26,216 nucleotides of DNA from a virus (lineage: Duplodnaviria > Caudoviricetes): IMG/VR virus record IMGVR_UViG_3300032303_001148, positions 1-26,216 of that record, one strand, 5' to 3'. Below are positions 1 through 9,297 of this stretch, piece after piece. The position numbers and the translations under genes are program-made. The first letter of the stretch is position 1; every line of letters starts with the position of its first letter. The notes under the pieces are model-generated. The model was not told where the DNA came from. It saw nothing but the letters and a program-made list of their open reading frames with translations, and did not search any database.

Positions 1-2
1 CT

Positions 3-677
3 CTTTTAACTGAAGTAGCTTCAGTTGTTAGCAAGTATAGCCAAATTGGTGTAGTAGTAACTACTAGCCCAGTTTACTATACTCCTGTAACTGTTGCTTA
101 CAGCTATACTGCAGTTACTGGCTATAGCAATGACGATATTGAAACTGCGGTTGACACTTACTTAACTAAAAAGTTTTCTTATATAAATTCCAAAATTTCA
201 GATGTGTTAAGTCCTGATATCATTGCAAAAGAAATCATTTATGTTACTGGAGTAGCTACTGCTTCTGTAACTGTGCTGTCTAAAACATCTTCTGGATTGA
301 CTACCCTTACTGGTGCACCAGGAGAAATATTTGTTCTTACTGCAACAAATATTACTGGTACAAATACTGGTCAAACTACCTTATCAAGTTTAACAGCTAC
401 TTGGAATGCAGTTACTACTAACCCAACTCCTTCATTTAATTCAGCAATACGCAGTTACACTTACTCAGTAACTGGCTCGTATAGCTTTGTTCTTACTCCT
501 AGCCTTACTTCAACAGACATTGCTGCTGGCAGCATAATTACAGTAGGTGGAACAATTGTTAACTCTGGATCTAATAGTACTATTACACTAACTACTGGTG
601 TAAATACAGTTTCTGTAGTAGTCACCAATGCTAATTATGTAAAGACAACATACACATTAACTATAATTAAGAGCTAA
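3..677 (+). CDS. Baseplate J/gp47-like wedge protein, C-terminal part (5' partial), ending in a cadherin-like beta-sandwich domain
   Basis: The frame is open from base 3 (LLTEVASVVSKYSQIGVVVTTSPVYYTPVTVAY...), so GTG 204 is internal. The sequence resembles a baseplate J C-terminus. The last ~100 aa (LSSL..PSFNSAIRSY..ITVGG..L.TGVNTVSVVVT..TTYTLTI) fit the cadherin-like beta-sandwich pattern. Confidence 0.7.
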   Translation, partial: LLTEVASVVSKYSQIGVVVTTSPVYYTPVTVAYSYTAVTGYSNDDIETAVDTYLTKKFSYINSKISDVLSPDIIAKEIIYVTGVATASVTVLSKTSSGLTTLTGAPGEIFVLTATNITGTNTGQTTLSSLTATWNAVTTNPTPSFNSAIRSYTYSVTGSYSFVLTPSLTSTDIAAGSIITVGGTIVNSGSNSTITLTTGVNTVSVVVTNANYVKTTYTLTIIKS

Positions 678-681
678 TTTT

Positions 682-2661
682 ATGATTCATGATGAGTACG
701 GCAACCGTAGATTTTACGGAATGTATAGGGCAATTGTTGTAGATAACACTGACCCTTTAAATGAGTATCGTTTAAAACTAAAAGTTCCTCAAGTATTCCA
801 TGATCAAGTCACTGATTGGGCATGGTCTATACACCAACCAGGAGTAACTAGAACCCTTCCTGTAGTGGGTACTGGTGTCTGGGTTTCTTTTGAAGGGGGG
901 GACCCGTCTTACCCTATTTGGACGGGCACTTTTAAAATTGGAAGTACTTCATCTGATACTGCCCTATCTACATGGGCAGGCTCTACTAATATCACCACAG
1001 TTGGAACTATTACTTCTGGTACTTGGAGCGCTACTGCTATTGCTGATGGAAAAATTGCATCAGCTCTTACCGGAAAAACTTATAATGGTTTAACAATTAC
1101 AACTAGCACAGGTACTTTGACAATTGCTGCTAGTAAAACTCTTACCGTAAATAACACAATTGCAATAAGTGCTACTAATGACGGCAATAGCGGTCTTAAC
1201 ATTGGGGGTGGTGGAACATTAGGAAGTGCGGCGTTTACAGAAACTACCGCATATATTTCTTATACATCAATGACTGCATTAGGTGACATTATATACGGTG
1301 GATCTTCTGGTGCAATTACTAGATTACTTGGAAATACTACTACTACTAGGAAATTCCTGCGTCAAACCGGTGATGGTACTGCTTCAGCCGCCCCTGCCTG
1401 GGATACTGTCACCAAAACTGATGTTGGTCTCGGTAACGTAACTAATGAATCTAAAGCAACTATGTTTACTGATCCTGCATTTACAGGAACTGTGACTGGT
1501 GTTACAAAAACAATGGTTGGTCTCGGTAACGTAGACAATACTTCAGATGTTAATAAGCCAGTATCGACCGCTCAGCAGACTGCGTTAGATCTAAAGGCAA
1601 ATAAAAATAATGCTGTATTTACTGGAACTATGCCATCAGTCACTAGCTCTACTTCTTTAAGTGTTAAGTCTAGTACTGATTTAATAAACAGAGCATACAT
1701 AGATTCTGTTGTTAATCCAACAACTTGGAAAGTTTCAGTCGTATGCGCGACTACGGCAGCTTTAGGTACTTCTGGAAACCTAGTTGGTGGAACTATCACT
1801 ACTACCTATAATAATGGAACTTTAGGTGTAGGGGCAACTTTAACTATTGCTACTTCATCAAACTGGACAGCTATTACTATCGATGGATATAGTTTTAACA
1901 CAGGTGATCGTGTACTTATTAAGAATCAAGCATCAGCTTTTCAAAATGGTATTTATACGGTTACAACTAAAGGAACTGTTGGAACAACTACTTCATTTGT
2001 TTTTACTAGAGCAACTGACGCAGACACTTCTGCAGAAACTTTTGAAAAACACTCCCTGTATGTTGAGTATGGAACTAATTATGCTGACAATGCTTTTGTA
2101 AATATTATAAATGGTGATATTGTAATGGGGACTACCGATATAGTATACAGCCTTGGTGTTTTCAATTCAACTGTCCCACTTTCAGGATTAGGTAGAATTC
2201 CTTACACAAATTATAGTAGAGGGATTACCTATACTGCTCCATATACAAATACTGGTCAGGTTTTAAAAAGTGGATTTTCTGCACCTGGTGCTAATTTAGG
2301 TTGGTATGACCCGGTTCCATTTGATATGAAAACTGGAAAAATTGCTTCTACTGACTGGGATAATGTTGCTAGTCCAGTTGGTGAAGTGGTTGTTACTTTT
2401 ACTACTCCTTTTCAAACAGGAGCTGTCCCCAATATAACATTTAGTCCGATATCTGCATCTACAACTACAATTTTTACAGTTACCTTAAACTCAGCTCCTA
2501 CGGAAACTGGTTTTACTGCCATTATTAGAACTTGGAATGGTACAGCTTTTTCAGTTACTACGGCTCCTAATGTATATTGGACTGCAGTGCAAGGAGCAAG
2601 AATAGTAGGTACTCCATCCAGCACTAATGATGGTAGAACAGACTATACTGCTGTTACTTAG
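682..2661 (+). CDS. Baseplate spike protein (gp5/gpV/VgrG-type OB-fold N-terminus) fused to tail-fibre-like domains
   Basis: The N-terminus YRAIVVDNTDPL..RLKLKVPQV..TDWA..PVVGTGVWVSFEGGDPSYPIWTG is the gp5/gpV OB-fold signature. It is followed by T/G/S-rich beta repeats, VGLGNV tail repeats, a GDRVLIKNQ..NGIYTV..TRATDAD fibre domain and a C-terminal lectin-like domain (VTFTTPF..PNITFS..TETGF..VYWTAV). Confidence 0.8.
   Translation: MIHDEYGNRRFYGMYRAIVVDNTDPLNEYRLKLKVPQVFHDQVTDWAWSIHQPGVTRTLPVVGTGVWVSFEGGDPSYPIWTGTFKIGSTSSDTALSTWAGSTNITTVGTITSGTWSATAIADGKIASALTGKTYNGLTITTSTGTLTIAASKTLTVNNTIAISATNDGNSGLNIGGGGTLGSAAFTETTAYISYTSMTALGDIIYGGSSGAITRLLGNTTTTRKFLRQTGDGTASAAPAWDTVTKTDVGLGNVTNESKATMFTDPAFTGTVTGVTKTMVGLGNVDNTSDVNKPVSTAQQTALDLKANKNNAVFTGTMPSVTSSTSLSVKSSTDLINRAYIDSVVNPTTWKVSVVCATTAALGTSGNLVGGTITTTYNNGTLGVGATLTIATSSNWTAITIDGYSFNTGDRVLIKNQASAFQNGIYTVTTKGTVGTTTSFVFTRATDADTSAETFEKHSLYVEYGTNYADNAFVNIINGDIVMGTTDIVYSLGVFNSTVPLSGLGRIPYTNYSRGITYTAPYTNTGQVLKSGFSAPGANLGWYDPVPFDMKTGKIASTDWDNVASPVGEVVVTFTTPFQTGAVPNITFSPISASTTTIFTVTLNSAPTETGFTAIIRTWNGTAFSVTTAPNVYWTAVQGARIVGTPSSTNDGRTDYTAVT
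1423..1533 (+). repeat. 18-bp direct repeat GTTGGTCTCGGTAACGTA (1423-1440, 1516-1533) encoding the VGLGNV phage tail repeat
   Basis: Two identical copies seen in the sequence, with peptide context TKTDVGLGNVTN and TKTMVGLGNVDNTSDVNKPVSTAQQ. Confidence 0.9.
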
Positions 2662-2721
2662 GATTGGAAAATAAATAATGTTTGTAATTTTAATACACAA
2701 GTAAAATAGTAAGGGTATATT

Positions 2722-5367
2722 ATGGCAGCTACTTCTTTAACAAAAAATTCAGTTACTCCGGTATCTGCAACAGTACTTACTTATTCAAGCGTGTACATTA
2801 CTTGGGCAGATCCAAATCCAGTAGACTATATCGCTATTAGACTTGTTCGTAATCAGTACGCTTTTTCAGAAACTCAAGAAGATGGAAACATTTTGTATGA
2901 GTACAATAATGCTGCAGGATTAAGCACAACTGTATTTACAAGTTACACAGATGGAGTTAGTTCTTCTTTAAGTGATGTTATTTTAGTCTCCGGTCAATAT
3001 GCTTACTACACTATTTGGATGTTGGTTACCATTGCTACTAATACAGATGTTTGGGTAAATGCAGGATCTGCATCTGTGCTTATTCCTAAACAGCATGGAA
3101 CTACAGTAAATAAATCCACTACTATTAAAACAACTCATACAAAAATAATGGAGCTTCTTCCTCGTGCTATGACATCTACTTCAAATAACCCATTGGATGA
3201 GATAAACACTAATTCTGATATTTATAATTTTTTAAAAGCATTTTCTTTAACATATGATGAAATTTTAACATATGCAGATTTAACAGTAAAATACTTGCCT
3301 GCAAAATATATTTCAGATAATTTAGTAATCCCTTCTTTTAAAAGACTCGGATTAAGAATTACATCAACTACTCCTACCGTATATAAAAAGAAGCTTATAA
3401 GTAAAGCACCTTATTTGTTGTCTATAAAAGGAACTACTGCTGCTTTAGCAAATTTTGTAGAAACTTACACAGGGTACAATACAACTGTAAACGACAGTAC
3501 TAGCATTAACACAAGAACTGGATTAGCAAATTTATTATTGACACCTCAAGATTCAAGCTTTCATAATGGTCAAATAGGTGGTTGGGCAAATATTGCGTAC
3601 AGTACTTTAAGCGTAGAAGCTAGCTCAGATATCCCTACTTCTGAGCAATATTCTTTTAAACCTCAATATAGATTAAAAGTAATAACTAACTCTCCTACAA
3701 CAACTGTAGCCACATTTAGACTAGGATCTCCTCCTCCTGATTCTCTTGCTACAATTCGCGTTAAAGAAGCTTTAGGTTATGGTATTCCAATAACTCCAGG
3801 AACAGCTTATAGTTTTAGTTTTTATTCAAAATATTCTGGAAGCACATTTACATTAAAGCCTTACGTTACTTGGTGTGATGCTTATGGTAACGTTTTGTCT
3901 ACATCTACTTCATCAGGAGTTACTGTAACAAGTGCTTGGACAAAGTTTACATACACTCCAACCGCTCCTGGTAAAGCTAAAACTGCAACTGGATACACCG
4001 TTGGACCTACCGCAACTAAGACTGTAATCTCTATGCCTACTGGTCATGGTTTTAGTTCTGGCGATAAAGTATGGTTTGAAGATGATCTTCTTCCTTTTTC
4101 TGGTGGGTATACTTTAACTGATGCAAGTACAAATAGCATTACAATTCCTTACTATGAACCTGGCATCACGTATACTTCCGTTAGTAGTTCATCTACTACT
4201 TTTACGCTTGGAACTGGAAGCACCTCAACTGTTGCTATTGGGCAGTTGATTACTATTAGTAGTGGAACCGGTACTTTAAATAGTGTAACTAAAGTTGTTG
4301 AAATACTTAGCGACACTACTTTTAAAGTAGACTCTACTCCTACAGTGGCATTAAGCGGTGCAACAATTGTTATAAATACATATAGTATTACTAGAGATTT
4401 TATTGTTTACAAAGGAACAGGCTCTACAATTGTAAAAGAAACACCAGCCGAATACGCAATGCTTGGTTTTAATCAAAACATTACTGGTGGGACTACCTAC
4501 ACATATTACCTTCATTCTATTCAATTTGCTCCTTCATCAGTAACTAGTTTTACAGAACCTAGATGTATTGATATTTGGTTAGAACCTTCAAAAACTAACT
4601 ATTTAATTGATCCTACATTTGCTGGTTCTGGTTGGTCTTATGCTGGCGGTGCGAGTAGCCCTGCTGGATACACAAATGAAGAAACATCAACTCTTACGGG
4701 GCTTCCTTATGCATACACTAGCAAAATGGGTAAAATAATAACAGGATCTTCTAATTCAACTGCTTCAGCTCCAGATTTAAAAACCGCTTCCCCAACACCA
4801 ATTATCAATAACAACACGTATTACACATTTTCTGTTTACATTAAAGGAAATGACTCTTACTCATTGACATTAGGGTTAAAAGACGGTGTAAATTCAGCTG
4901 AAAAAGTAATAAACGTAACTACTAGTTGGCAAAGAGTTTTTGTAAATCTTTATGTGACGTCTACTTCTACAGGATTAACCCCATATATCTATTCTAATTC
5001 TTCTGCTTTAGTTGATGGTGGTAATGGAACACGGTCTTCTGCACAAACATTTAGAGTAGATGATGCGCAACTAGAAGAAGCGCAAATACCTTCTGATTAT
5101 TTTGATGGTAACTTTACTATTCAAGGAGCTTTTTGGTCAGGAACAGCTAATGCTTCTAAGTCATATCTGTATGTAAACAAAGAACAAAAAATTTCGGAAT
5201 TAGCAGCCCATATAAATGACTGGGTTCCTTTTAATTCTCTGTGGATGTTAAGATCAAGATACGGTATTGAAGTTATAGGTGCACCTTCATCTACGACAAT
5301 TCCATCAACTGCTCCATATAATAATACAGGCGATAGTGGTGGTCGCGGGTTTAGGGTTGCTTTATAG
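2722..5367 (+). CDS. Baseplate wedge/tail protein (P2 gpI-like core) with an FN3-like N-terminus and two carbohydrate-binding-like jelly-roll domains
   Basis: The helical core YNFLKAFSLTYDEIL...KGTTAALANFVETYTGY is typical of gpI-like proteins. CBM-like segments are NLL..SSF..GW..PGTAYSFSFY..WTKF and NYLIDPTF..YTFSVYIKG..WQRVFV..DDAQLE. Position in the baseplate module fits. Confidence 0.65.
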   Translation: MAATSLTKNSVTPVSATVLTYSSVYITWADPNPVDYIAIRLVRNQYAFSETQEDGNILYEYNNAAGLSTTVFTSYTDGVSSSLSDVILVSGQYAYYTIWMLVTIATNTDVWVNAGSASVLIPKQHGTTVNKSTTIKTTHTKIMELLPRAMTSTSNNPLDEINTNSDIYNFLKAFSLTYDEILTYADLTVKYLPAKYISDNLVIPSFKRLGLRITSTTPTVYKKKLISKAPYLLSIKGTTAALANFVETYTGYNTTVNDSTSINTRTGLANLLLTPQDSSFHNGQIGGWANIAYSTLSVEASSDIPTSEQYSFKPQYRLKVITNSPTTTVATFRLGSPPPDSLATIRVKEALGYGIPITPGTAYSFSFYSKYSGSTFTLKPYVTWCDAYGNVLSTSTSSGVTVTSAWTKFTYTPTAPGKAKTATGYTVGPTATKTVISMPTGHGFSSGDKVWFEDDLLPFSGGYTLTDASTNSITIPYYEPGITYTSVSSSSTTFTLGTGSTSTVAIGQLITISSGTGTLNSVTKVVEILSDTTFKVDSTPTVALSGATIVINTYSITRDFIVYKGTGSTIVKETPAEYAMLGFNQNITGGTTYTYYLHSIQFAPSSVTSFTEPRCIDIWLEPSKTNYLIDPTFAGSGWSYAGGASSPAGYTNEETSTLTGLPYAYTSKMGKIITGSSNSTASAPDLKTASPTPIINNNTYYTFSVYIKGNDSYSLTLGLKDGVNSAEKVINVTTSWQRVFVNLYVTSTSTGLTPYIYSNSSALVDGGNGTRSSAQTFRVDDAQLEEAQIPSDYFDGNFTIQGAFWSGTANASKSYLYVNKEQKISELAAHINDWVPFNSLWMLRSRYGIEVIGAPSSTTIPSTAPYNNTGDSGGRGFRVAL

Positions 5368-5369
5368 TG

Positions 5370-5375
5370 TATAAT
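5370..5375 (+). promoter_or_regulatory. -10 hexamer TATAAT, probable leaderless promoter for the 5383 gene
   Basis: Perfect TATAAT ends 7 nt before ATG 5383, and no Shine-Dalgarno is present. Confidence 0.6.
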
Positions 5376-5382
5376 ATGCTTT

Positions 5383-5649
5383 ATGGATATTTTTATTAAC
5401 ATCATTATTTCAGGGTTATCAGTAGCATACATTGTTGAGTTTATCACAGCATTTACAAATCGGATTATCCCTTCCTGGATTTTAAAAGCGATTTTGCCTT
5501 TTCCATTTAGTGTGATAAGCTTATATGTTCTAGGTATATTTGGATTGCCATTAATAATTTATGGACTAGCAGCTTCATGTATAGCCCTTGTTGTGGTATT
5601 CTTTGTAAACCGCCCAGTTACAAACCAGGTGATAAATACACGTCGCTAA
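5383..5649 (+). CDS. Small multi-pass membrane protein, holin-like
   Basis: 88 aa with three hydrophobic segments and a basic C-terminus (TRR), located after the tail module. No endolysin is visible in the window. Confidence 0.5.
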   Translation: MDIFINIIISGLSVAYIVEFITAFTNRIIPSWILKAILPFPFSVISLYVLGIFGLPLIIYGLAASCIALVVVFFVNRPVTNQVINTRR

Positions 5650-5661
5650 TATCGGAGCACA

Positions 5662-6606
5662 ATGAATAAGGAAGAGCAATTCCGTCGTTTGTCTTTAGGA
5701 CCGTCGGAACTTAAAGTCCTACTCGCTTTAGAGTACTTTGCAAATAGTAAGGGTGTTGCTGACCCTACTATGACTATTTTAGAAGAAGTCACCGGCTATA
5801 GCCGTATGCAGATTTCACGCGCAATAAAAGCTTTGACCCAAGAAAACTATATTGAAGTTAAGCGCTTAAAGCGCCTTGATGGTTTTAACCATCGTAATGT
5901 ATACCAACTGCTTAGTAACACTAATGTTACAGTCACTTCCGCGTCGCAGAGCCAAAGTAACGCCAATGTTACATCAACTACTAATAAAGCTTTAGTTATT
6001 AAGATAGATAAAGCATTAGATACTACGTATCTAATGGAAGGAGAGAAAAAAGTGGTGAATCGTTGGAAAGATGACGATGATGATCTTGCAGGCGTAGGAT
6101 TAATCGAAGAAAAGACCGTACAAACTAAGCAAGCTTCTAAGCGCGAGCCTAAAACTAGGCACAGCCGTCCTATCGAAGACTGGACTCCAGCAGATATGGC
6201 AACAGAGTTTTCCTACAGGGTCTATCAAGCTTTGCCTGGCATACCTGGGGTAGTAAATACCCGTAGCCTGTGGGGTGCGTTAGCTAAAAACCGCAAGCAG
6301 TTTGGGGTAACTGCTGTGCTTGAGTACGAAGTACTAGAGAAATACTTCGCTGATAATCGCAACCTGACTTCTTTAAAGCAGGCTCCAGCCTACGCACACG
6401 CTAAGTTTTTAACTTTTTTAACAAACAATATTCAGGCAGTAGCCTCAGACCTTGGTGTTGAAGATTTGCCAGAAGATATTCCAGTAATCGAGCCAAGGAA
6501 CAACTACGTTTATGCAACCGATGGTCGCAGGTTTGACAATTCAATGCCCGGTAGATTAGCATTAAAGCAATACGAAAAAAGGAAGGAACAAGCAAATGAC
6601 GTATGA
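5662..6606 (+). CDS. Phage replication initiator with an N-terminal winged helix-turn-helix
   Basis: LKVLLALEYFAN..ADPTMTILEEVTGYSRMQISRAIKALTQENYIEVKR is a wHTH typical of phage initiators. It has an S/T-rich linker with DNA repeats and lies directly upstream of a DnaC-like loader. GGAG RBS. Confidence 0.75.
   Translation: MNKEEQFRRLSLGPSELKVLLALEYFANSKGVADPTMTILEEVTGYSRMQISRAIKALTQENYIEVKRLKRLDGFNHRNVYQLLSNTNVTVTSASQSQSNANVTSTTNKALVIKIDKALDTTYLMEGEKKVVNRWKDDDDDLAGVGLIEEKTVQTKQASKREPKTRHSRPIEDWTPADMATEFSYRVYQALPGIPGVVNTRSLWGALAKNRKQFGVTAVLEYEVLEKYFADNRNLTSLKQAPAYAHAKFLTFLTNNIQAVASDLGVEDLPEDIPVIEPRNNYVYATDGRRFDNSMPGRLALKQYEKRKEQANDV
5914..6030. repeat. Putative replication origin: two palindromic iterons plus an AT-rich tract
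   Basis: AGTAACACTAATGTTACA (5914-5931) and AGTAACGCCAATGTTACA (5956-5973), each GTAAC-N6-GTTAC, start 42 bp apart. An AT-rich stretch with the ATAAAGC(T/A)TTAG repeat follows. Confidence 0.6.
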
Positions 6607-7321
6607 TGTGTCTAAACTAAGTGGAGATAAGCGCCACACAATCGCAGTAAATTCAAACATTCCTCGTAGGTTTATAGGAATGGAACCAGATGATATCAAA
6701 GATATGATGGGAGCTTTTTCAAATGAAATTGAAGATTGGATTACTAATGTTCTTGAAGGCAATGTTATTAAACAACTTGGTGGTATCGGAGTTACTGGCG
6801 TTGGGCTGCTATTTGATGGTGGTCCTGGTCTAGGTAAAACTACTCACGCAGTAGTTACACTTATGGAATTGATCCGTAGGCTACCTGAAGATCCTAAGCA
6901 GGTTTCTCGCATATTTGGAACCGGCAACACCGAGGTTGGGCGTAGCTTTAGGTCTATATATTATTTGACTTTTCCTGAGTTTGTTGTCAGGAAGAAAGCC
7001 GTGATGGAAGCCGACAACGAAACTAAACGTGAATTGTACGAAGAGATGCAGGGCTTTCACGGTCGCGCAAAAGATGACAATTTAAATGTGCGTATCCTAG
7101 TTCTAGATGATCTTGGAAAAGAGTATGGATCTAAGTATGTAGACGCTTCATTTGACGAGATTCTTCGTGCTCGTTATGACAAGGGGCTACCTACAATCAT
7201 TACTACAAATGTGCTACGTGAAAAGTGGGCTGCTCAGTATGGCGAAGCAATGGGCTCATTTGCCTATGAAGCCTTTACCCGCATTCAGCTAGGCGCTAAG
7301 GATCTTAGGAAGAACGGCTAA
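6596..7321 (+). CDS. DnaC/IstB-like AAA+ ATPase (helicase loader)
   Basis: Walker A GGPGLGKT, Walker B ILVLDDLGKE and RYDKGLPTIITTN motif. Confidence 0.9.
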   Translation: MTYDVSKLSGDKRHTIAVNSNIPRRFIGMEPDDIKDMMGAFSNEIEDWITNVLEGNVIKQLGGIGVTGVGLLFDGGPGLGKTTHAVVTLMELIRRLPEDPKQVSRIFGTGNTEVGRSFRSIYYLTFPEFVVRKKAVMEADNETKRELYEEMQGFHGRAKDDNLNVRILVLDDLGKEYGSKYVDASFDEILRARYDKGLPTIITTNVLREKWAAQYGEAMGSFAYEAFTRIQLGAKDLRKNG

Positions 7322-7611
7322 TGGATATTAAATGGAGGACTATCCAGTTTTTTATATCCTCTAATGGAGTGTGCGAAGTGCAATCAGACGACACCTCTAC
7401 TAAAAAACTTCGTTGCACTTGCAGGGACTTTGCAATCTTAGCTCGTTGTAAGCACGTAAAATTTGTTAGGGACCGGATTGGTCAAACAGGGATTTTTACT
7501 GTAAAACTTGCTGAAGATACCGATGATGAAAACGTTGTAGCAGCAATGCACGACCCAGAAAAGTTTCGTAAGTTTTTAATACAGCACGCAAAGATAGAGG
7601 TACTTGAATGA
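7321..7611 (+). CDS. Stand-alone SWIM zinc-finger protein
   Basis: CxC-x8-CxH motif (CTCRDFAILARCKH) preceded by beta strands. Confidence 0.75.
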   Translation: MDIKWRTIQFFISSNGVCEVQSDDTSTKKLRCTCRDFAILARCKHVKFVRDRIGQTGIFTVKLAEDTDDENVVAAMHDPEKFRKFLIQHAKIEVLE

Positions 7612-8033
7612 GGGGTGGCGATATTTCCAATGAAACTCCTCCAAAAATTATAGTTTTGGTTGATGTAGTAGCTACTCTAAAACAAGAAGAGTCAACTTCA
7701 AGGTCAGGATTATTTAAGAAAAAGTCTACAAAATCTAGTGTAAATATAAACCTAAAAGAAGTAGCACATCTATGGACCCTTGGAAACAAATACGGTCTTT
7801 CAATAGAGCTAGCGGGGTATGAAGACCAGGGATGGACTTTAGAAGACCTTGAAAAAGTAATGGAGACCCTAGAACGTAAAGTCTCTAATCCATTTAACTA
7901 TGCAGAAGTCTACGCAGATGTAGACCAGCTAGTTTCTTTACTTCCATATAGGAGTAGTTTAAAAGGAGTCGTAGACATGCCGGGACGTGTTGCTAGGTAT
8001 GGCTCTTATGGTGTAGAATTATCTAATCTTTAA
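7608..8033 (+). CDS. Hypothetical protein (possibly a degenerate HAD-like alpha/beta fold)
   Basis: ATGA-coupled ORF with a GAGG RBS, in the operon. The fold guess is weak. Confidence 0.7.
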   Translation: MRGGDISNETPPKIIVLVDVVATLKQEESTSRSGLFKKKSTKSSVNINLKEVAHLWTLGNKYGLSIELAGYEDQGWTLEDLEKVMETLERKVSNPFNYAEVYADVDQLVSLLPYRSSLKGVVDMPGRVARYGSYGVELSNL

Positions 8034-8046
8034 GAAGGAATAAGAA

Positions 8047-9297
8047 ATGGCATTTGATAACGAGTATCGTTTAGTAAGTAAAGTAATACGTGATCGTCAG
8101 ATCATACCTGTAATTGAAAAGGGCATAAAAGATGATTGGATTGTAGATGACGACCTACGTCGCGTATGGAAATTTGTTCGTGAGCACTACGTAAAGTATA
8201 GGGAAGTACCTACAGCTACAACTGTACGGGACAACTTTCCTGCATTTAAAGTGCTTGATGTACAAGACAATATTGACTACCTCATTGACCAGATGATTTC
8301 TTTTCGTCGTCGCACCCTAACTAAAAATGGTATTGAGGACTCTCTTGCCAAGATGGTTGTAAATGACCACGAAGGTGCATTAAATGAAATGAGCAGGACA
8401 GTCGCTATTGTTAGTGAACAGGGTAACGTAGGTACCACTCACGTAGACTTAGCAAAAGATCCAGCTGCACGTTTTACAGAGTACGAGAATCTACAGAATT
8501 CTGTTTTACTTGGCATACCTACTGGTTTTGCAAAGATTGATGAAGCTACTGCTGGCTTACAAGGCGGTCAACTAATTACCATCATCGCTCCCCCTAAAAC
8601 AGGTAAGTCACAGATTGCTTTGCAGATGGCTGTTAATGTGCACAAGGTTGGAAAAATCCCTATGTTCCAATCATTTGAGATGAATAACCATGAGCAGTCT
8701 CAGCGTCACGACGCTATTCGTGCTAATTTATCAGCAAAGAACTTGCGTGTTGGTAAACTAAACACACAAGAAGAAGAACGCTACATCGATATGCTAGAAG
8801 AAATGAAGACATCACATCCCTTCCATCTGGTTGACGCAGTGAATGGTTTGACCATCGATACACTTGTTGCCAAAGCTGAACAACTAAAGCCAGACATCCT
8901 ATTTGTAGATGGTGTTTATCTTATGCTTGATCAGGTTAGTGGCGACTCTAACACTCCCCAGGCTTTAACAAATATTACTCGTGGACTTAAGCGTGTTGCA
9001 CAGGTTCTTGATATCCCTGTAGTTATTACAACCCAGACTTTGCTTTGGAAAATGAAAGGTGGAAAAGTTTCTGCCGATTCTATCGGTTACTCATCCTCAT
9101 TCTTTCAAGACTCTGATGTTATTCTAGGTCTTGATCAAATTGACAATGATGAAAAAAGGCGTACTCTACGTGTTGTTCAAGCACGTAACTGTGGTCCTTC
9201 AGACGCAACTATTACTTGGGATTGGGATACCGGTTGTTTTCACGATGAATCAAAAGACTCTAGTTGTGACTTCTGCTCACCTTGGAGTGCTGTTTAA
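8047..9297 (+). CDS. dnaB: DnaB-like replicative helicase
   Basis: GIPTGFAKIDEATAGLQGGQLITIIAPPKTGKS (Walker A), SFEM, LFVDGVYLM, LKRVAQVLDIPVVITTQ and QDSDVILGL. Confidence 0.93.
   Translation: MAFDNEYRLVSKVIRDRQIIPVIEKGIKDDWIVDDDLRRVWKFVREHYVKYREVPTATTVRDNFPAFKVLDVQDNIDYLIDQMISFRRRTLTKNGIEDSLAKMVVNDHEGALNEMSRTVAIVSEQGNVGTTHVDLAKDPAARFTEYENLQNSVLLGIPTGFAKIDEATAGLQGGQLITIIAPPKTGKSQIALQMAVNVHKVGKIPMFQSFEMNNHEQSQRHDAIRANLSAKNLRVGKLNTQEEERYIDMLEEMKTSHPFHLVDAVNGLTIDTLVAKAEQLKPDILFVDGVYLMLDQVSGDSNTPQALTNITRGLKRVAQVLDIPVVITTQTLLWKMKGGKVSADSIGYSSSFFQDSDVILGLDQIDNDEKRRTLRVVQARNCGPSDATITWDWDTGCFHDESKDSSCDFCSPWSAV

Noticed and set aside
875-2624. Alternative-frame ORFs 875-1093, 1572-1799, 1847-2101 and 2412-2624
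   Set aside because: They lie wholly inside the spike/fibre gene and are Leu- or Val-rich shadows of its T-ending codon bias, with no recognisable motifs.
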